From the human T2T-CHM13v2.0 reference genome, Homo sapiens, in assembly GCF_009914755.1 (NCBI RefSeq), contig NC_060935.1: a stretch of 64,000 nucleotides of DNA; one strand, given 5' to 3'. The notes beneath the pieces are model-generated. The model saw only the letters and a list, made by a program, of their open reading frames with translations, ran no database searches and was not told the DNA's origin. Of this stretch, positions 62,886 to 64,000 are shown piece after piece. How positions within the stretch are numbered: position 1 is the first letter of the stretch; every line of letters begins with the position of its first letter. The position numbers were made by a program, and so were the translations under genes.

Positions 62886-63237
62886 TTTTTTTTTAAAGAA
62901 GGTTTACTATGAAAATGTTAACATTTTTCCTTCAGTTAAGGAACTTAAGGACTGCAGAAGAGACAGGCACATTATCAGATCATTTTCATGTGTCTTTGTC
63001 ATACATTGTCTTTAAGTCAACCTAATCATCTTCCTATATAATGACTTTCAACAAAATCCCCTTATACTAGCATAGGGTTAATTGATCACTAGAATATATT
63101 ACTTTATATAGCGTGTGTTATCCAGATACAATTTCTGCAACATAAAATTTCTAGAAAATCTACAATGGGAAAACTCACTAACTATGAATACTGCCAAAAG
63201 TGAATAATTGCTTAAACCTTTATTTTACCTAGAGTCA

Positions 63238-63375
63238 CATATATGTAAGATATATCTATCAATCTATTTTTGATATAGATCGATAGATATGCTATATATC
63301 ATATATGTCACATATACCATGTATGTGTGCTATATCATATATGTATCTTATATATAAAATACCCTATATATGTTT
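63238..63375. repeat. degenerate (TA)-rich tract
   Basis: Direct reading. Confidence 0.8.
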
Positions 63376-63384
63376 TAAATAGAT

Positions 63385-64000
63385 AGAAAAAAATTCAGAA
63401 TGTCTATAGAACCAGCAAAAACCCTAAATAGCTAAAACAATATTGAGAAAGATAAAAAAAACTAGAGGCAACACACATTCTGTGTTTAAACTATATTACA
63501 AAGCTATAGTTATCACAACAGTATGGTATTGGCATCACAACAGACACAGACTGATGGCACAGAATAGAAAGTCTGAAAAAAAACATGCAAATATGGTCAA
63601 CTAACTTAAAACAAAAGTGCCAATAATATGCAATAATGAAAGAATAGTCCCTTCAATAAATGGTGCTGGAGAAACTAAATATCCACATACAAAATTAAAA
63701 TTGCGCTCTTCTCTTACACCGTACACAGAAATCAGTTATAAATAGATTAAAGACTAAAACATAAGTTTTATGAAACTGTAAAACTTCAAACGGAAACAGG
63801 GAAAATCCTCCTTGACCTTAGTCTTGGCAATGATTTTTTGTATAATACCACAACACAGGCAAGAGAAGCAAAATATAAACAAGTAGGATGATATCAAACT
63901 AAAAGATTTTAACACGGCAAAGGAAACAACCAATACAATGAAAAGGCAACCTACTGAATGGAACAAAAAAAATATGTAAAGTATATAACAAGGAGTTAAC
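63385..64000 (+). mobile_element. L1M (MA/MB-like) ORF2 3' portion, runs off window end
   Basis: CTATATTACAAAGCTATAGT...CAGTATGGTATTGGCAT...CTTCAATAAATGGTGCTGG...GAAAAGGCAACCTACTGAATGG. Confidence 0.92.

Noticed and set aside
63252-63290. Hairpin in TA-rich tract
   Set aside because: Self-complementarity is expected in degenerate (TA)/(TAGA) repeats.

Overview
AT-rich primate (human-like) nuclear DNA, intergenic or deep intronic, dominated by decayed interspersed repeats: Alu/FLAM/FRAM, L1 of several ages, L2, MIR, MaLR (THE1D, MLT1), ERV1 LTRs (LTR2-like, LTR10-like), an ERVL/MLT2 remnant, hAT/TcMar MITEs (MER53, MER20, MER5, MER104-like) and microsatellites. I can support no host protein-coding gene, RNA gene or CpG island. 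The ORF track is almost all repeat-derived or chance, and the only protein-like pieces are dead L1 ORF1/ORF2 fragments. I found no convincing new biological system. The notable signals are rearrangement scars visible in the sequence: a ~190 bp diverged local copy splitting an L2 tail (16.7 kb vs 19.0 kb), a complex fold-back insertion and 5' LTR loss in a THE1D, a pre-miRNA-sized hairpin made by inverted duplication in an LTR33-like element, and an L1 whose 5'UTR is fused in frame to ORF2 (279-codon ORF), which also carries a micro-inversion and is joined to a second, convergent L1. Subfamily names come from recalled consensus sequences, and boundaries of old repeats are approximate.
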